From Sphagnum compactum (lineage: Eukaryota), in contig OZ234493.1 in the NCBI GenBank assembly GCA_965153455.1, positions 12,452,213 to 12,516,212 on the forward strand: a stretch of 64,000 bases of DNA, read 5' to 3'. Under the pieces are notes generated by a model. It ran no database searches and was not told the origin of the DNA. It saw only the letters and a list, made by a program, of their open reading frames with translations. Shown one piece after another: positions 1 through 13,823 of this stretch (position 1 is its first letter; every line of letters begins with the position of its first letter). The translations under genes were made by a program, and so were the position numbers.

Positions 1-482
1 GAAAAAAAGCTCTACTCTAGTTTTACATGCTAAACCGCCGTCTGCTGTAGACACCACTAATTCTTCTTCTGAGCAAGAACAGAACAGAAGAACCACTTCT
101 TGTTCGCGCTTCTTCTTGCAGAAAGATTCTTCGACTCCTTAAGCAGCAGATCTGGGTTGGACTTCATGTCCGTGGGGAGAAGCTGTTTCCATACTACTCG
201 CTTGAAGTCTGTAGTGGAGCTTCTTGGAGTTCCTTGAGTGACTATCACGTTTCCAGATCTTATTGGACCATCTCCTTTGCTTGCTTGCTTGCTTGCTTCA
301 CTTGCGTGCACAATTGAGAGTTGTAGACAGCCTGCCTTCTTGTAGTTGATGCCAGAAGGTTTCTTGTGGTACTCAGTTACCTATACGGGCGTCAGATCGC
401 AGAGAGGAGAGAAGAGGAGGAAGGCTGGTGGTGAGCTTTCACTATTTTGCTCTGAAAACCACTTTAGGGTTTCGACAACAAG

Positions 483-2270
483 ATGAGTTTCAACCTCTTC
501 GGGAAGAAGAAGACTCCCGCAGGTGAGTTGTTGAAGATAATTGTTTTTTCCTTTTTTTCTGGTTCAGATTTTTTTCTGGTTTTATTATGAGCAGCATCAG
601 CTCCTGTTCCTGGAGAATCTGTTATGCTGTACCCATGGAGAACCCCCCCATGTGGGATTTGCTTGGGTTGACCTCTGTTTGTTGCAAGAATCCTCTGTTG
701 ATTGTGGGTTTGTCGTGCAGAGCTTCTGCGAGAGAATAAACGAATGCTTGACAAGTCTATCAGAGAAATTGAGCGTGAAAGACAGAGTCTTCAGACTCAG
801 GAGAAGAAGCTTATTGCAGAGATTAAAAAGACCGCAAAACAAGGACAAATGGTGAGCTTCTCTCAGGCTATCAAGCTGCACAAGTAGTTCAGGAGTCCTA
901 CCTCATATGAGTCACTCCAGTCCATAGCTGTACAGCATCATGGATGGTTGACAAATCTTTTTTGTTGTGCATAATCTTCTGTTTCTCGGATGTCCTGGTT
1001 TTGAAGAGTGAGTTTTTGGCAAAGTGTAGGGTGCAGTGAGGGTGATGGCAAAGGATTTGATACGGACACGGCATCAAATCACTAAGTTCTATGGCTTAAA
1101 ATCACAGCTGCAAGGCATTTCTCTTCGCATTCAGGTCAGTCTCCTCCTTCAACATTGTCTCCGCATTTGCTTATGTATTGTCAATGCATATGAGAAATGT
1201 AGCAGTTTTGAAGCCTGCTGTGGTTTGGTGCAGACAGTTCCATTCCATGCAGTTTTTTTGTTTATGAATATTGGGTCGCAACTAATGGGGTCAATTGATG
1301 GGTGCCGGTGGTCTTGGTGTAGACTTTGAAGTCGACCCAGGCAATGGCTGAAGCCATGAAGGGAGTTACAAAGGCTATGGGCCAGATGAACAGGCAGCTC
1401 AACCTCCCAGCATTGCAAAAGATCATGCAAGAATTTGAGAGGCAAAATGAGAGAATGGAAATGACAACAGAAGTCATGGGAGATGCTATTGACGATGCCT
1501 TAGAAGGAGATGAGGAGGAAGAGGAGACAGACGAGCTTGTGAGTCAAGTTCTTGATGAGATTGGTGTTGATCTTGATTCTCAGGTGCGCAGTTTTCCATA
1601 CCTGATGAAACTCAAGAGATATTCAACCTCTAACCTTTTTTGGCTTAGGGTTAGGCAGTAATGAACAGAAACAAGCTTAAGAACAAAAGACGGGAAAAAG
1701 AACCACCACACCTCTACTACAATTTCTGAGAGCTACTTTCTGTGGAGAAACTGAAAATCAGTATTTGCTTGAAGAGCAAGAAAGGAAAGAGGGAACCAGA
1801 TGTGAGAAGATCTGCTCATTGTTCTGGAACAGCATCCAGGCTGTACATGTATACTGCAACATCAGAGACAACAATGCCTAATTCTCTACCTATGTAGTTC
1901 TCTCATTCTTTGTTTTATCTTGCCTGCTTGCTTCTCAGTGATCTGACTACTTTTCTGTTGCCTGTTAAAATGCTGTCACACTGTCTTTCTCTCATTCCTG
2001 TGGAAGGGATTGCGAATGTTTGCAAGTCTTTCACAATTGTAAACTGTTTCCGTCTTTTTTCTTCCCCTTGTAGTTGCCTTGGATATGTTGTGACAGTGTG
2101 AATGGGTGTGTCACTTGCAGCTAGTGCATGCTCCAGCTAATGTATCTGCGGTACCTGCACAAGCCACACCCTCCAAAGTTGCACAACCAACAGGAGCATC
2201 CACTGCTGCAGATGACGGTGGAATAGACAGTGATCTCCAAGCACGACTCGATAACCTCAGGAAAATGTGA
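483..2270 (+). CDS. VPS2: ESCRT-III subunit VPS2 (CHMP2A/SNF7 family), 5 exons: 483-522, 721-851, 1030-1134, 1323-1583, 2121-2270; 228 aa
   Basis: All introns are GT-AG and exon phases sum to 687 nt. The protein reads MSFNLFGKKKTPAELLRENKRMLDKSIREIERERQSLQ...LKSTQAMAEAMKGVTKAM...DSDLQARLDNLRKM*, including the C-terminal MIM1 motif typical of VPS2.1. Confidence 0.96.
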
Positions 2271-3466
2271 GGAGATTTCCAAATTTGTGGAGGGAGTGTG
2301 GTGACATCCTCCTATTTTACAAATGGGACTCTCCCATCCATGGATGGCACCTTTTGTGGCTAACTCTGTTTAGCTTTTGACATTTCAATGTATGATATAA
2401 CCTGTTCTTATGCATCGCCGAGTGATGACAAAACACTCATATTTGTAATTTTCTCATCTGTTTTGACAATCGCATAATTACATGGGGTGCTGTTCATGGG
2501 TGAAGCAAAAACCTTCTTTTACCATACGAGTCATGATCTCAATTGCATGTATTTTGTGCAAAATTTGCTCCTTATCTTTGGATGGCTTCAATGGGCAGCT
2601 TCTACTTACAAGCAGATGGGAGTCATTTCAGGCTCTACATCAACATCTGATGGATACAATACGCATTCACGAACTGCAAGCACTTTTCTTAGTGCGATAC
2701 CTGGTAAGCACAACACTTAAAGACGTAATGTCACTCTTAACAGTCAAATCTTATTCCAATGAGGCTTGTAGGCATCGATTCTGATTTCATGTGAAATTTG
2801 GGACATAGTTGAACAAGCCAAAAAAACCCAAGTTGTACCAGAGACTTGCCTGTCCAAAGAATCCAAATTGTACAAAAATTCTTTTCACAGAAAATGAAAA
2901 TGATCTCTCCAAAATTGAAACAAAATTCCAGAAAAGGATAATGTTTTCACCTTTCTACTTTGAACTATATTCCAGCCATTTACAGATTTCCTAAAAACAT
3001 CTGAATAAAACCTGCTGCCCTCGGAAACAAGCGGCACTCTTTCATGTTTAGAAGAGTGAAAATTTCTAATGACATGACCTTTTTTCTCAAAATTTTAATC
3101 ATAACAACAACCAGGTGCAAATCAGAAATAACTGGGTGTACAAATCTCCTCTACATGCATGCATGTCTGTATGTATGCTCAAATGCCTGTGCGCTTTTGT
3201 GCGCATAGCCAAATAGGTAATAGACTCTTTGATAAACCACAGAGTAGGAGTGGGAAAAAACCCAGTAAACCATATTTAGGTGGTGGTGTATGGCTGCTGA
3301 TTGTGTTCAGAAGCTTTATCATCCATAGCAAGGATCCTTGGAAATGATAGCAGTCTTCAGAAACCGAGAGGGTATCAGTCCACAACAGTCTCAAAATTTC
3401 TCATCCATGAGAAAAGCTTGTTCAGCAACTGCATGACCCCAACAAGTTTTGCTGAATAGCTCACGA

Positions 3467-6400
3467 TCATGATTTCGGTTCATTGGATTTGCTCCGGAAT
3501 GCTGCAAAGAATGATCGCGAAGCTGCAATCATCCAAAACATAAGCCAAAATGAGATGAGAAGAAAAAAGCTTGCCTTGTTGAGGAGACCCTAAACTTTTC
3601 CTCCAGAGTTTCCAGATAAAGTAAAGGAAAGAGGATTGAAAAAGCCAAATGATCCATGCAACAGAAACATTACTGCCTATTCCACCAGAATTAATCTATA
3701 GTCACAGATTGGAGCTGATTTATTAAGCCCAACAGTAGAATTATGCTACAGTCTGATACAAGGGAAAGCAAGAATCCTCTGAAACAAACAGCAGCATCTA
3801 TACAGCTCTGGCCATACACATACCTTTCCCAGAGCTGCCACCTGATGATTTGTGATCCAGCATCTTGGAATCAGAAGGTGGAGTGGAAACTGAGTTTCTC
3901 ATAGTTGACCCTGTAGAATCCCCATTCTGAATATTTAAACACTGATATTGCTAACTTACATAGGCAATTTCTTCTGATACCAGTCACGTGCATTTTCAGA
4001 GACCTTCAACAGCAACATGTGTACTATTCAACCAGCTCACTGACTTCATCAGATCTTTCATCCACCTTCATCAGATCCTGTCACAAGACATGGCCAGGAA
4101 AACTTGGCCATAATGAACCCAACCAAAACTAGAAGAAAAACTAAGGAGAAAGAGGAATGAGAAACAACAACAGGAACAAAATAAGAAAAGGAAAATAGGA
4201 TGAAAAAAGAGAAACTTAAAGAGGGAGAAATTGAAGAGATTGATATTTAGGACAAACTGGGCTTGGAAAAGCTTCCTGCTTAAGATTAAGAAACCCTTGG
4301 AATAATTGTTTGAAAATTCCAATTGTGGAAACACCAAACGAAAATCCAATTTTGCTCAGCTTTAAGAAAACCTGCAGCTCAATGAACACAAATAATCCTT
4401 TCCTTTTGGTTTGTCAACGTACCAGAGCTGCTTTCATTGTCAATGTCAATACTCATGTTTGAGGGGAGTGATGCCCTTCTAGAACTCTTGGACCCAAACC
4501 GCCTGCCTTTGTCCATCCTCACCACTGCCTCCAGAAAACCAGCCTCACTTGTTGCCTCTATGTCCTCATCCCCCTGTGAAGTAGCTGATGCTGATCTCCA
4601 ATCGTTTGCATGAGAACTAGAGTCCCGGCTCTTCCTTCTAAACTTGAGAAGCTTTCGCAGGCCCCTGGGTGATTCCTTCATACCTTTGTCATGCATGAGA
4701 ACCAGCTTCTCAGAACTCCCTGAAATTTTTTGCAGGTGGCCAGAGCTGCTAGTGTTACCAACCTCCTCTGGCGATAGTGATGCCTGAGGCACTGGCAGTG
4801 ATTGCAGAGCATCCACAGAGGAAGAAACAATTGGTATTGGGTTATTGTACTTGGGTGAAGTATCTGTCACCATGGCCAATGGGACACTACACACCTCTGC
4901 TGGTGCTGATTGAGCTTGAGTAGATGTTGAGATTGGTGATGATGACATCATGGCCGGAGGTGCAATGGAGGCCAATGGTGATGAAGAAGTCAATGCAGAA
5001 CCATGAGTTTGAGAGTGAGCAGGTGATTGTTCTTCAGCAGTAGGGGTGAATGAGGATAACACCTCATCTCCAGCTACTACAAACTCTGGAGAAAGAGTCT
5101 GACCATTGACATGAGACTCCAATGTCTCTGGCACACAGGGAGCTACATAGTCCTCAATAGGAGCCTCAACTGATTCTGGTGATACTGCATAGGGTGAGCC
5201 AACATTAATATCAGTATCAGGCACCAGGTCCACACTTCCCACCTCTATTGGCATACAAGGGGGAGCCTGCATCACATCAGAGGATGCATGAGTGGGCACA
5301 AAGACAGGTTCAACACCAGCTCTCTCAGTGGTATCCTCTGTCACCAAATCATGGGAGGCTTCTGGTGTTGGGTTCAAATCAAGAAATGAAGGAAGAGCCT
5401 CCACACTAAAGTCTTGCACTGGGGAACGCAAAGGCACAGGAGGAGTCCTGTTTGGAACCTTTACAGAATCAGCTGCAGAGACAGCTTTGAGCTTTCTTGC
5501 AGCAGGCATGGCACCCTGGGTTGTGCCTTTTCCCTTACGAAGAAAAGGTTTGGTATTGAGAGCTGCAGTGGGGGTGGCAGAAACACGCTTTGTCATTTTG
5601 GTTGCCAATTCCTTCTGTTCCACCCCAACAGCTTTTGAGACTTTGCCTCGTACAGAGTTTTGGACCTCCTGAGACAACTCAGTCTTGAATCCTGAAACAG
5701 ATTTCCTTGTTCCAAAGCTGCTCCACCGCTTTTTATCAGCATGATTTGCCAATGTGGAAGAACTCCGGCTGCTAGAAGGCTGACCCCTGTTGGCTTCCAA
5801 AGGAGCTGTGGAAGCACGTCTGGCTGGCACACTATTATTCTTCATCAGGGAGCCCCGGTCAAAAGCTGAGCTTGATCTCACTGCTGAAGGTTTTGTGTTT
5901 TCTTTTCGGAATGCAGCAAATGATGGTACAGATTTGCTAAGTGGGTTTGAAGCAGTGCTAGGCACAGTGGAAGCCCGGCGCTGAAATATCTGTGATGATT
6001 TTGGTAGTGCTGCTGGTGCAAGGTTGCTAACGCTACCTCGAAGGAGTCTAGTGGTGGATTTCTGGGGTGAGAGTCTTGCCACTGCACTGGACTTTGGTGA
6101 TGAAAGTTGACACAGTGAAGCCCGAGAAGTTCGTGCAGCTGGTGCAGAGCTGCTTCTAGCTGCTATACGCTCCCGTCGCATAGCCCGCAATGCCTCCAAC
6201 CTCTTTCTTTCCTCCTCTTCCTGAAATATGGAAAGATTTAGTTGTAAAGCAGACCTAACAAACACAAGTCGATGCAAAATACTTTGATGTCAGGGGAAGG
6301 GAACAGTGATTTGTACCTTCTCCTTTTTGCTCCTTGCAAGGTCAGCCTTGAAGGCTCGTAATTTCTCAGCCCGCAAAACAGCATCAGCAGAAGGAGCATA

Positions 6401-9400
6401 CTTGTCAGAATGTCGTGCATGGCGAGCCAACAGCTCCTGTTTCCTTTTTTCTACCTTTCTTGACCCAGCCTGGTCCTTCAGTTTTTTGTCACCTTTTGGA
6501 TCCTTAGAAGAAGGAACATTACCATTTGCATTTGCAGCTACTTCAGACTTCTGAAAAGCCACGTCTCCTGCCAAGCACTCAACATTGTGGTTGACAACAG
6601 AGCTCCAGCCCATTGATTTGCGACCTCCTTGACTATCAGACATCATGAACAACTCCTCAGGGGCAGGGGTCATCTGCTCACTCTGCATGGTGTTCCCTTG
6701 ATTACTTGTGATCTCTGAGTCCAAGTGAAGCTCACTCCTCCACCCTAGTGCTGATAGCTCCTGTGCTTGAACTCGAGCAGGCATAATGAATGATTCATCT
6801 GTCAATTCTGATTTGTCAATAAGGACCATTTCATGATCCTGATTTACTTCCAGAAGCTTGTCTGTCCCAGAAGTTTGCCCGCTTCTCTTAGGAATCATAA
6901 ACATGTCATCTGGATGGGTTCCGAGTGGCTGCACAAAATTGCTATCAGCTCCAGAACAACAAGTCTGGACCAGACAATTAGCATGCCGCTCAGGCAGAAT
7001 GAACACCTCTTCTAATGGTGCTGAAGAGCCAGAGTTCTTTGAAGTTTGAACTGACATACGAGCTTCTGCCTCCATATCCGTCCCTGAACTGTTATCACTG
7101 CCATTCAACTGGTCACTTTTTTCTGAGGTCGTGCATGGTTCACTTGCTAGTTCAGCTGCTGTGCTACTCCACCTTCTTAACACCGATTTTTCTGAACCCA
7201 CATTGTCAGTTGAATTCCTGTAGTAGCTCCCTTGCTTTGACACCCTTGTCTTGGTTGAATCCAGAGAACCCCTTCGTTTAACTTCAAAAAGACTTATTGC
7301 ATCCTTCACACTGAGGTTCCCACGACCCCGTAGCTTTGGCCCATCATCCTCATCACCCACAGCGGAGTCAGTTTCATCTAGGCTTTCACTGGCTTCTGAA
7401 TAGTCCTTCACAGTGCTTTTTTCTGCATTTTCACTTGGATTGGTGAAGTAATTGATATTCCGGATGACCACTACTCCAGACTGTCGCATTCCTGAGCGCC
7501 CAACTTGTACTCTCCGCAATGGTGAAGATGAGCACATATTAGGTGATGTTGAATGTTTGGCCAAGTGCTTTGAATGGCTGGGGAAGGGTCCATCAGGTTC
7601 TGTTCCGGAGAGACTCCCATGATCTGAAACCATCCCTTCCATAGCAGAAGCACTTGGCAGGGCATCCCCTGAAGTTCTAATGCCTGCCATCATATTCTGC
7701 TTCCTCTCTCCCTGAGATATAATGTGCCCATATTCACATTCCATATTTGGGTGCACATTCAGTTCTCCAGGATGAACATAGCCAGGACCATTATTGGTGT
7801 AGCCAGGGGTAGAATGCCAATGGTGATCAGAACCCTGTCCTTGCGAAGGTGACCATTGCGGTTGGGTTCTATTACTGTCAATATAGCCTACTCCATCATT
7901 GACTTGGACAGCCTGGGGGGAATGAAACATGTGATAGTCAGGATGATAGTCACCTGCATCCCGCCTCCATCTTGACCTGCCTCCATTGACAGGGAAGGTT
8001 CCATCTTCTGAGTAGCCTCGTTCTGCCATTGCCTGGTCATAAGCATCATCATAGCCTGGGTAATTAAATCGGTCCTGGCCTCGAGAGAGATACTCACCAT
8101 TAGTCTCCCCAGTCCAGTTGGGGCTCATGCCAGCAGCCAGCCCAGTATGCAAGTCAAATGGAATCGACCGCCGACTATACTGCACATCTGACCTTGGTAA
8201 ACCAAATCCAGCGGTGTCCTCACCAATTGGACTACTGTGAGATACATTAGAGCCAACTTCTTCAACATGAAGGATATCAGCCTCACCACTCTGAGCATCC
8301 TTCCACATATCCATATACTGATCTTTTGAAATAACATGGGGAGGAGTTGGTGCAAAAACTGCTGCCTCTGCAGTAGCAAGCTCCATTTCCTCCATCCACA
8401 AAATTGCTTCTTTCCGCTTGTTGCACAATGCCATAAATTTAGCACATGCATCCCTGATTCAGAAACACCAAAATAAGCGAAGAAACAGAAGACATTTTTT
8501 CTATAGACAATGAAAGGAGCATAAGGCAAAGGTCAAAGCAATAGTTTTACCCCAAGCGGGTAGCACCAAAGCAGTCTGCAAACACTGAAAGATGGGCCAA
8601 ATACTGCATGTCAAAGCCAGCGGCCCCAGCCCTTGCAAAAGCCATGCCTTGCTCCTTCTGTAGTGCCAACCTTCGTGCATCCATGGCCCTCAACAATTGC
8701 CTCCTGTAACAAACCCAACTTGTTATGAGCAAGCCTGATGACCTAAGAATATAATACAATACATTGTGCATCAACAGGTATGCCATCTTAGATATCTACT
8801 CCTCAAAAGATGTTATTCACATCAAACTGAAAAACAAAGGTGAGCAGATAAGGATGGTCAGAAAGTCAAAATATATAAGGGAAGATTTCTCACTTGGAAG
8901 TTTCAGGTGCTTCAGGGGTTTCACCTCCCTCTAATGACTCCCGCCTTGACTGCTATTTCCAAAAGAATGCATCAGCCCACCATATCTGAAGTTAGGCCAA
9001 CTCCAACCTTCAATGTCAAATTTGATTGAGGTTAAAAAGTCATGATGGTCGAACAGGTGATGTAGATGCTCACACACACAGAGCCCATGTGCCACTAACT
9101 GTCCAAAGTCATGGAAATATAACCTGTGCAACAAAACTTGGTGTCCACTATTTGAATTTACGTGTACCTATACAAGTCTCAATGAGATGTGCCTGGTTAT
9201 GGAATAATGGTAATGAAAGGACAGAAGAAACCCAATTGTTTCCAGCATACATCATTCAAATCAAACAAATGAAGAGTCAAAGGAGAATTCACACATAGGC
9301 TATTGACAGACTCAACAGACATCAGAATGAGTAATGCCTGTCACACTCTGTTATTGATAAATGCATAAGGATCAACCTTAGGTGAAGGTGTCATTCCAGG

Positions 9401-11036
9401 CTTGTCAAAACTCAAGGGTAGAGATGTTTTGGTCCCTGTCAAAAAGGAGCTCAGGATCAGAGTTCAGAGGAAAAAAAAAATCTTCCAATATATGATTTAT
9501 TATACTGGTTGCATCAAGAGCATGCAGGCAGAGGCCTGCCCCAACAAATCAGTAAAGAGCAGTACTTAGATCAAGAAGTTTAAGAGTATATACCAGATGG
9601 GGGAGTAGTAGGTGAACCTTTAAACCCTGGCATGTCACCCTGCTCCCAAGGGGTCAAGACAAAAGAATCAGTCTGGCACAGAATTACAGCTCAGAGTACA
9701 CACTAAGCCTTCTATTAGTGCTTGGTGCAATTGACAAGTGCCTAACCATTTGAGTAACACAGAATGGATAAACTGGCATTTGCTACCTTCCAAAAGCAGA
9801 GAGAGTTACAAGAGACATACTGCAGAGCAGTCATTCGTTTGAAGGTTGATTGCTTCCTCAATCTGTGAGAGTTCCAATTCCACAATACTGACACGCTCCA
9901 GTAACTCTGGTGTGCTCACAAATCGCACAAACCTGCCCCAGAAAATCATGAGTCAAGAGATACATCTGTGCAGTGTGAACTTGTCTTTCTAATATGCAAC
10001 CTGAAAGACCAAAGTTGCTAACTTGGCCTATAAACCCTTTTAGTATTGGTTTTTGGATTCTTAGGATATTCCAAGAGAATCCATTCAAAGGACAACTAAG
10101 CTAACAAATTTCATTAGGGTGTATACTGCCACCACCAATAGTCCAGATACATGAAGTTAGAGAAATCAGCGATATCAGGAATGAACTAAACATCTACAAA
10201 CTTTCTAACCAAGCATTCAAGGACTGTACAGTTCCTATTATATGTTAGGTTTGTGGTTGGACAATAGTGTTCATTACACATCACTGTTATCGATGTCAAC
10301 CCTATGACATATATGGTGGCACATCTACTACCAATACAAGGGAAATGACAGACTGAACTTCACAGAGTGAGAAAGGAATTGCTGCATTGTATAGCATTGC
10401 TTCTACCTCTCCATAAGTCCTTTGGTGAACCATGGGACCTCCATTTTGATTCCATTGATATATTCTGGAGGTGGCTCTAATTTGATGGAGTAGCCACCTT
10501 TGGTCACTTGTTCCTCTGCTGCTTTCAAGTGCTCCAGATATGGCTTCAGTAAGCCCATTGCTAATCTCTCCGATTCCGCCCCACATACTACAAGAAGCTC
10601 ACACCTAAAAAACCCAAGACCTAAAACTCAATACCTATGCCATGAATAGCATCTGGTAGTAACTTGCTATCCAAGGATTATGTAAGAGTCAATAGATGGC
10701 ATTACAACAGATCAGTTACAGATTTGAGCTTCAGATCTGCTGTTGAGCTTCAGATTCTGCTGTGAACAGCAGCTCTACATTCTAAATGTGCACATGGCTG
10801 CTTGCTGGCACAAGAAGATAGACCACGAAATTTCACTCTTTTCAGCTACAAGCTCACAATGTACTGAACTTTTTTTTTGGTGGTATATATATTAAATTAG
10901 GTACCAGATGCAAATGGAGGAAATGGTACTAACTAGATGAGAACTATCTCCACTATGAACTTGGCAGAGAATGGCACCTTGTCCGGGTGGGAGTGAGTTG
11001 AAAGATGGCAAAGTCTATGGGTGTATCTGGCTTCAT
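3467..11036 (-). CDS. COP1-interacting protein 7 (CIP7)-like protein, 11 exons: 11036-10978, 10604-10407, 9932-9821, 9672-9594, 9435-9377, 8949-8894, 8703-8551, 8453-6317, 6220-4423, 3910-3824, 3522-3467; about 1597 aa
   Basis: The N-terminus MKPDTPIDFAIFQLTPTRTRCELLV...[24 protein letters not shown] matches the plant CIP7 family. Other family motifs are RQLLRAMDARRLALQKEQGMAFARA, VVVIRNINY, KGMKESPRGLRKLLKF and the C-terminal SRSFF..FRSK. All junctions are GT-AG and phases are consistent (4794 nt). The small internal exons are less certain. Confidence 0.85.
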
Positions 11037-11603
11037 GTTGCCGTCCGAGAGAGATAGTTCCTCCAAGCTGCAATCTTCAGACCTCCTCCTTATGCAGCAA
11101 TATTGCCACGTTCACATCATCTCCTTAGAAAATCGCCAAAATCAGAGCATCAGACGTCGTAACCGTCGTACAACGAGACTCCTGCATCAATTATAGTGCG
11201 TTAGAATAGCTAGCTCTCTCTCTCTCTCTCTCTCTCTCGGACGTTAGAATGCGGACCTTACAGAAAGGGGGAAACCATCGTCAAGAGACCAGGCTAGCTC
11301 AGAAACTCTGGCGTTCCAGGTTCCACTGCTCTCTTCCTCATGGAAGTCGAAGATTCTACCAAAAGAAACAGTGGAAAACAAGAACACGACACACAGAGAA
11401 TGCAAATGCAAGAGACAATGTGAAAACAACAACAAGAGCATTGTAACGTTCATGGACATCATCAGACAACACATGTCTATCCAACTTCCTCCGTCGAGAT
11501 TACGACCACGACCAAATCCAGCTGCGAAAACCAATTCCTAGTTCTCCTTGACAAGTCCAGAATACAGCGAGCAGCTCATGAACACCCCCCTGTCCCTTAT
11601 CCG

Positions 11604-11645
<42 letters not shown>

Positions 11646-12178
11646 AATCTGCTATTCGGGTCCAGCTTCAGTCCCTCCCTCCGTCCGTCCAACACACCTG
11701 ACGGACAGACAATTACATAGCTTCCGCCATCTCTAGAACAGTTAACAGAGAGAGCAACCAAAACCAATTAAAAGAAAAAAATCCCCGCCAAAGAGAGTAA
11801 AATAGAAATATTGAACGGAACAGAGGAACAGTAGCAGCAACAACCAAAAGAAACAGTAACAATATTCATCAAAACACGATGAAAAGCTGAGTGGAAAAAA
11901 ATGAGAAAGCGGACGAAGGAAGAAGAGTGAGCTATATAGCCTAGGGGGAAGCAAGCAAGCAAGTAGAAAGAAGCTCTTGCCAAGTGCAGCGTGTCTCAAC
12001 ATCAACGTCGTCATTGAATGATGGACGCAGACGATTCCGTAAAAAATACAAACGAAAACAAGGTAAAGTCGCGATGGAACTACTTACAGACTGCAGCAGC
12101 CGCAACAACAACAGCAGCAGCAGACGCAAGAGTTCGCGCGCACACACAAACCAACAGCAAACTCCAACAACACGCACG

Positions 12179-12218
<40 letters not shown>

Positions 12219-12224
12219 GGCGGT

Positions 12225-12812
12225 GGGACCAGGTAGTAGGTCTGTAAGATTTGCTAGGTACCTAGTGAGATAGATAGATGGGGCGTTGGGGCCAGTGTTG
12301 TCCGGTTATTTTACCGGTTATTAATAACCTATCAGCAGCTGGTTGTCACTGAGCTTTAATACGCCCGGTTTAAATTGATAACCGCCTGACACTGAGTTTT
12401 CAAACGATAACCTGTGCGATCCAAACGTCCAGAAATAACTTACCCGGAGGTGAAGATATAACCGGCCAACACTGGCCCCCCCACGCCCCCCCCCCCATCT
12501 CTCTCTCTCCCACTGTTTCGGTACCTACCTAGCAAATCTGACAGGTCAGACCTGTCAGATTTGCTAGGTAGGTACGTAGGTACCAGGTACCAACACAGTG
12601 AAACAGACACACACACAGAGGCGTTGGAACTTGGGAGTAGGCAGGTCTGTAAGATTTGGTAGGTAGGTACCAAGACACAGACAGACAGACAGACAGACAG
12701 ACAGAGGCGTTGGTTGGGACCAGGCAGGTCTGTAACAATTTTCCAGGTAGGTACCAAGAAGGACTGTAATAAAATTAAAAATTCAGGTAGGTAGGTAGGT
12801 CGGTAGGTACCT
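12225..12812. repeat. Foldback/MITE-like inverted-repeat cluster (GTAGGTACC/GGTCTGTAAGATTTG motifs) upstream of the CIP7-like gene
   Basis: There is a perfect 27-bp-arm palindrome at 12521-12575. An inverted pair lies at ~12287-12310 and ~12458-12480 (ggggccagtgttgtccggttat / ataaccggccaacactggcccc). Direct copies of caggtctgtaa..ttt..aggtaggtacc lie at ~12640 and ~12725. Confidence 0.6.
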
Positions 12813-13404
12813 GCCTCTTTTGCTAGCAAACTCTGCATCATTTTATTGTTTTAATTAAAAACTTGACACTGAGTTTCTCTTTTTTTCTTTTTTTTTTCCC
12901 AAGAGCTGAAGGCACAATGTTAATATGGCATTTTGTTCCTACCCTATTTACTTATTTATTTATTTATTTTCTATTTCTTTCTTTCTTCATAACTATTATT
13001 TCCTTGATCTATTTATTTATTTATTAATTATATAGTTGCAAGTAATTGTGGGGGATTGAGAATCTCAGGGTTTTTTTTTTTTTTTTTTTTTCCAGTTTTG
13101 TGATATTGTAAATTGGAGAATCTTTCCCCCAAAAAATAGAAAAATTAGTTGAATTTTCACACCACAAAAAACCTCTTTTTTTTTTCTTTTTTTTTTTTGG
13201 GCTAACCGGCTTTTATAAATGATCACCACGTGAGGTACATCACAAATTTTTATTTTAGATAATAGTACTTTAGGCTATATGGATCTCAAAATTAATGATT
13301 TCTATTTTGACAAAAAAAATTGTGGTTTTTCAACAAAGTTGGAAATTTTAATTAATTTTCGAAATTTGGCTATTTCCAAAATATGAAACCAAAAAACTTA
13401 TTAT

Positions 13405-13460
13405 CTTTTTTTGGCTACCTACTTGAACCCATGTATAGAAGAAATCTGGCGATTTTTTTA
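13405..13460 (+). repeat. Copy of an AT-rich dispersed repeat family (ttttggctacctacttgaaccatgtatagaa..tctggcga); related copies at ~27740-27860, ~32095-32240, ~42385-42535
   Basis: The core tttttggc(t/c)ac(c/a)..t..aacc motif and flanking motifs recur in four intergenic blocks. Confidence 0.6.
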
Positions 13461-13770
13461 AATAATTTTTTTAAATGTTTTTTTTGTTTGAAGTTTGTTG
13501 GTTTTCGTACTACAAGTAGGTACCACCAAGTGAGATTGATCAAAAGGTTTAAGGATCTAATCAATAATCATGACAAGATCTTAACTCCATAATCACAATA
13601 ATTAACCTTAAACCTAATTAACCTTAAACCTAATGAACACACATGTGGCTTAAGGTGTTAAAACATATGCAAATTTTCATGTAAGATTTTGGGCTTTAAA
13701 TTTTTTGGGGGGATTTTAGGTACCCTAAAAATCTTTTGGGAAATCCTTGTTGCAAATGAGTGTGTCATGG

Positions 13771-13823
13771 CCCTAAACCCTAAACCCTAAACCCTAATTT
13801 TAGGTACCCTAAAACCCTAAACC
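13771..13823. repeat. Short interstitial plant telomeric repeat (CCCTAAA)n
   Basis: The sequence ccctaaaccctaaaccctaaaccctaa is followed by ccctaaaaccctaaacc. Confidence 0.75.

Noticed and set aside
57..311. Minus-strand ORF as first exon of a gene divergent from VPS2
   Set aside because: It has a non-ATG start, no recognisable domain and no convincing splice path within the window.
5292..7281. Plus-strand ORFs overlapping the CIP7-like exons
   Set aside because: These are antisense shadows of long coding exons with no independent motifs.
8931..9134. 67-aa ORF as a CIP7 exon starting at 9123
   Set aside because: All three phases hit stops before the 8893 donor. The shorter exon 8949-8894 fits the frame instead.
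13771..13823. Chromosome end or fusion site
   Set aside because: There are only a few telomeric units, which is common interstitially in plants.
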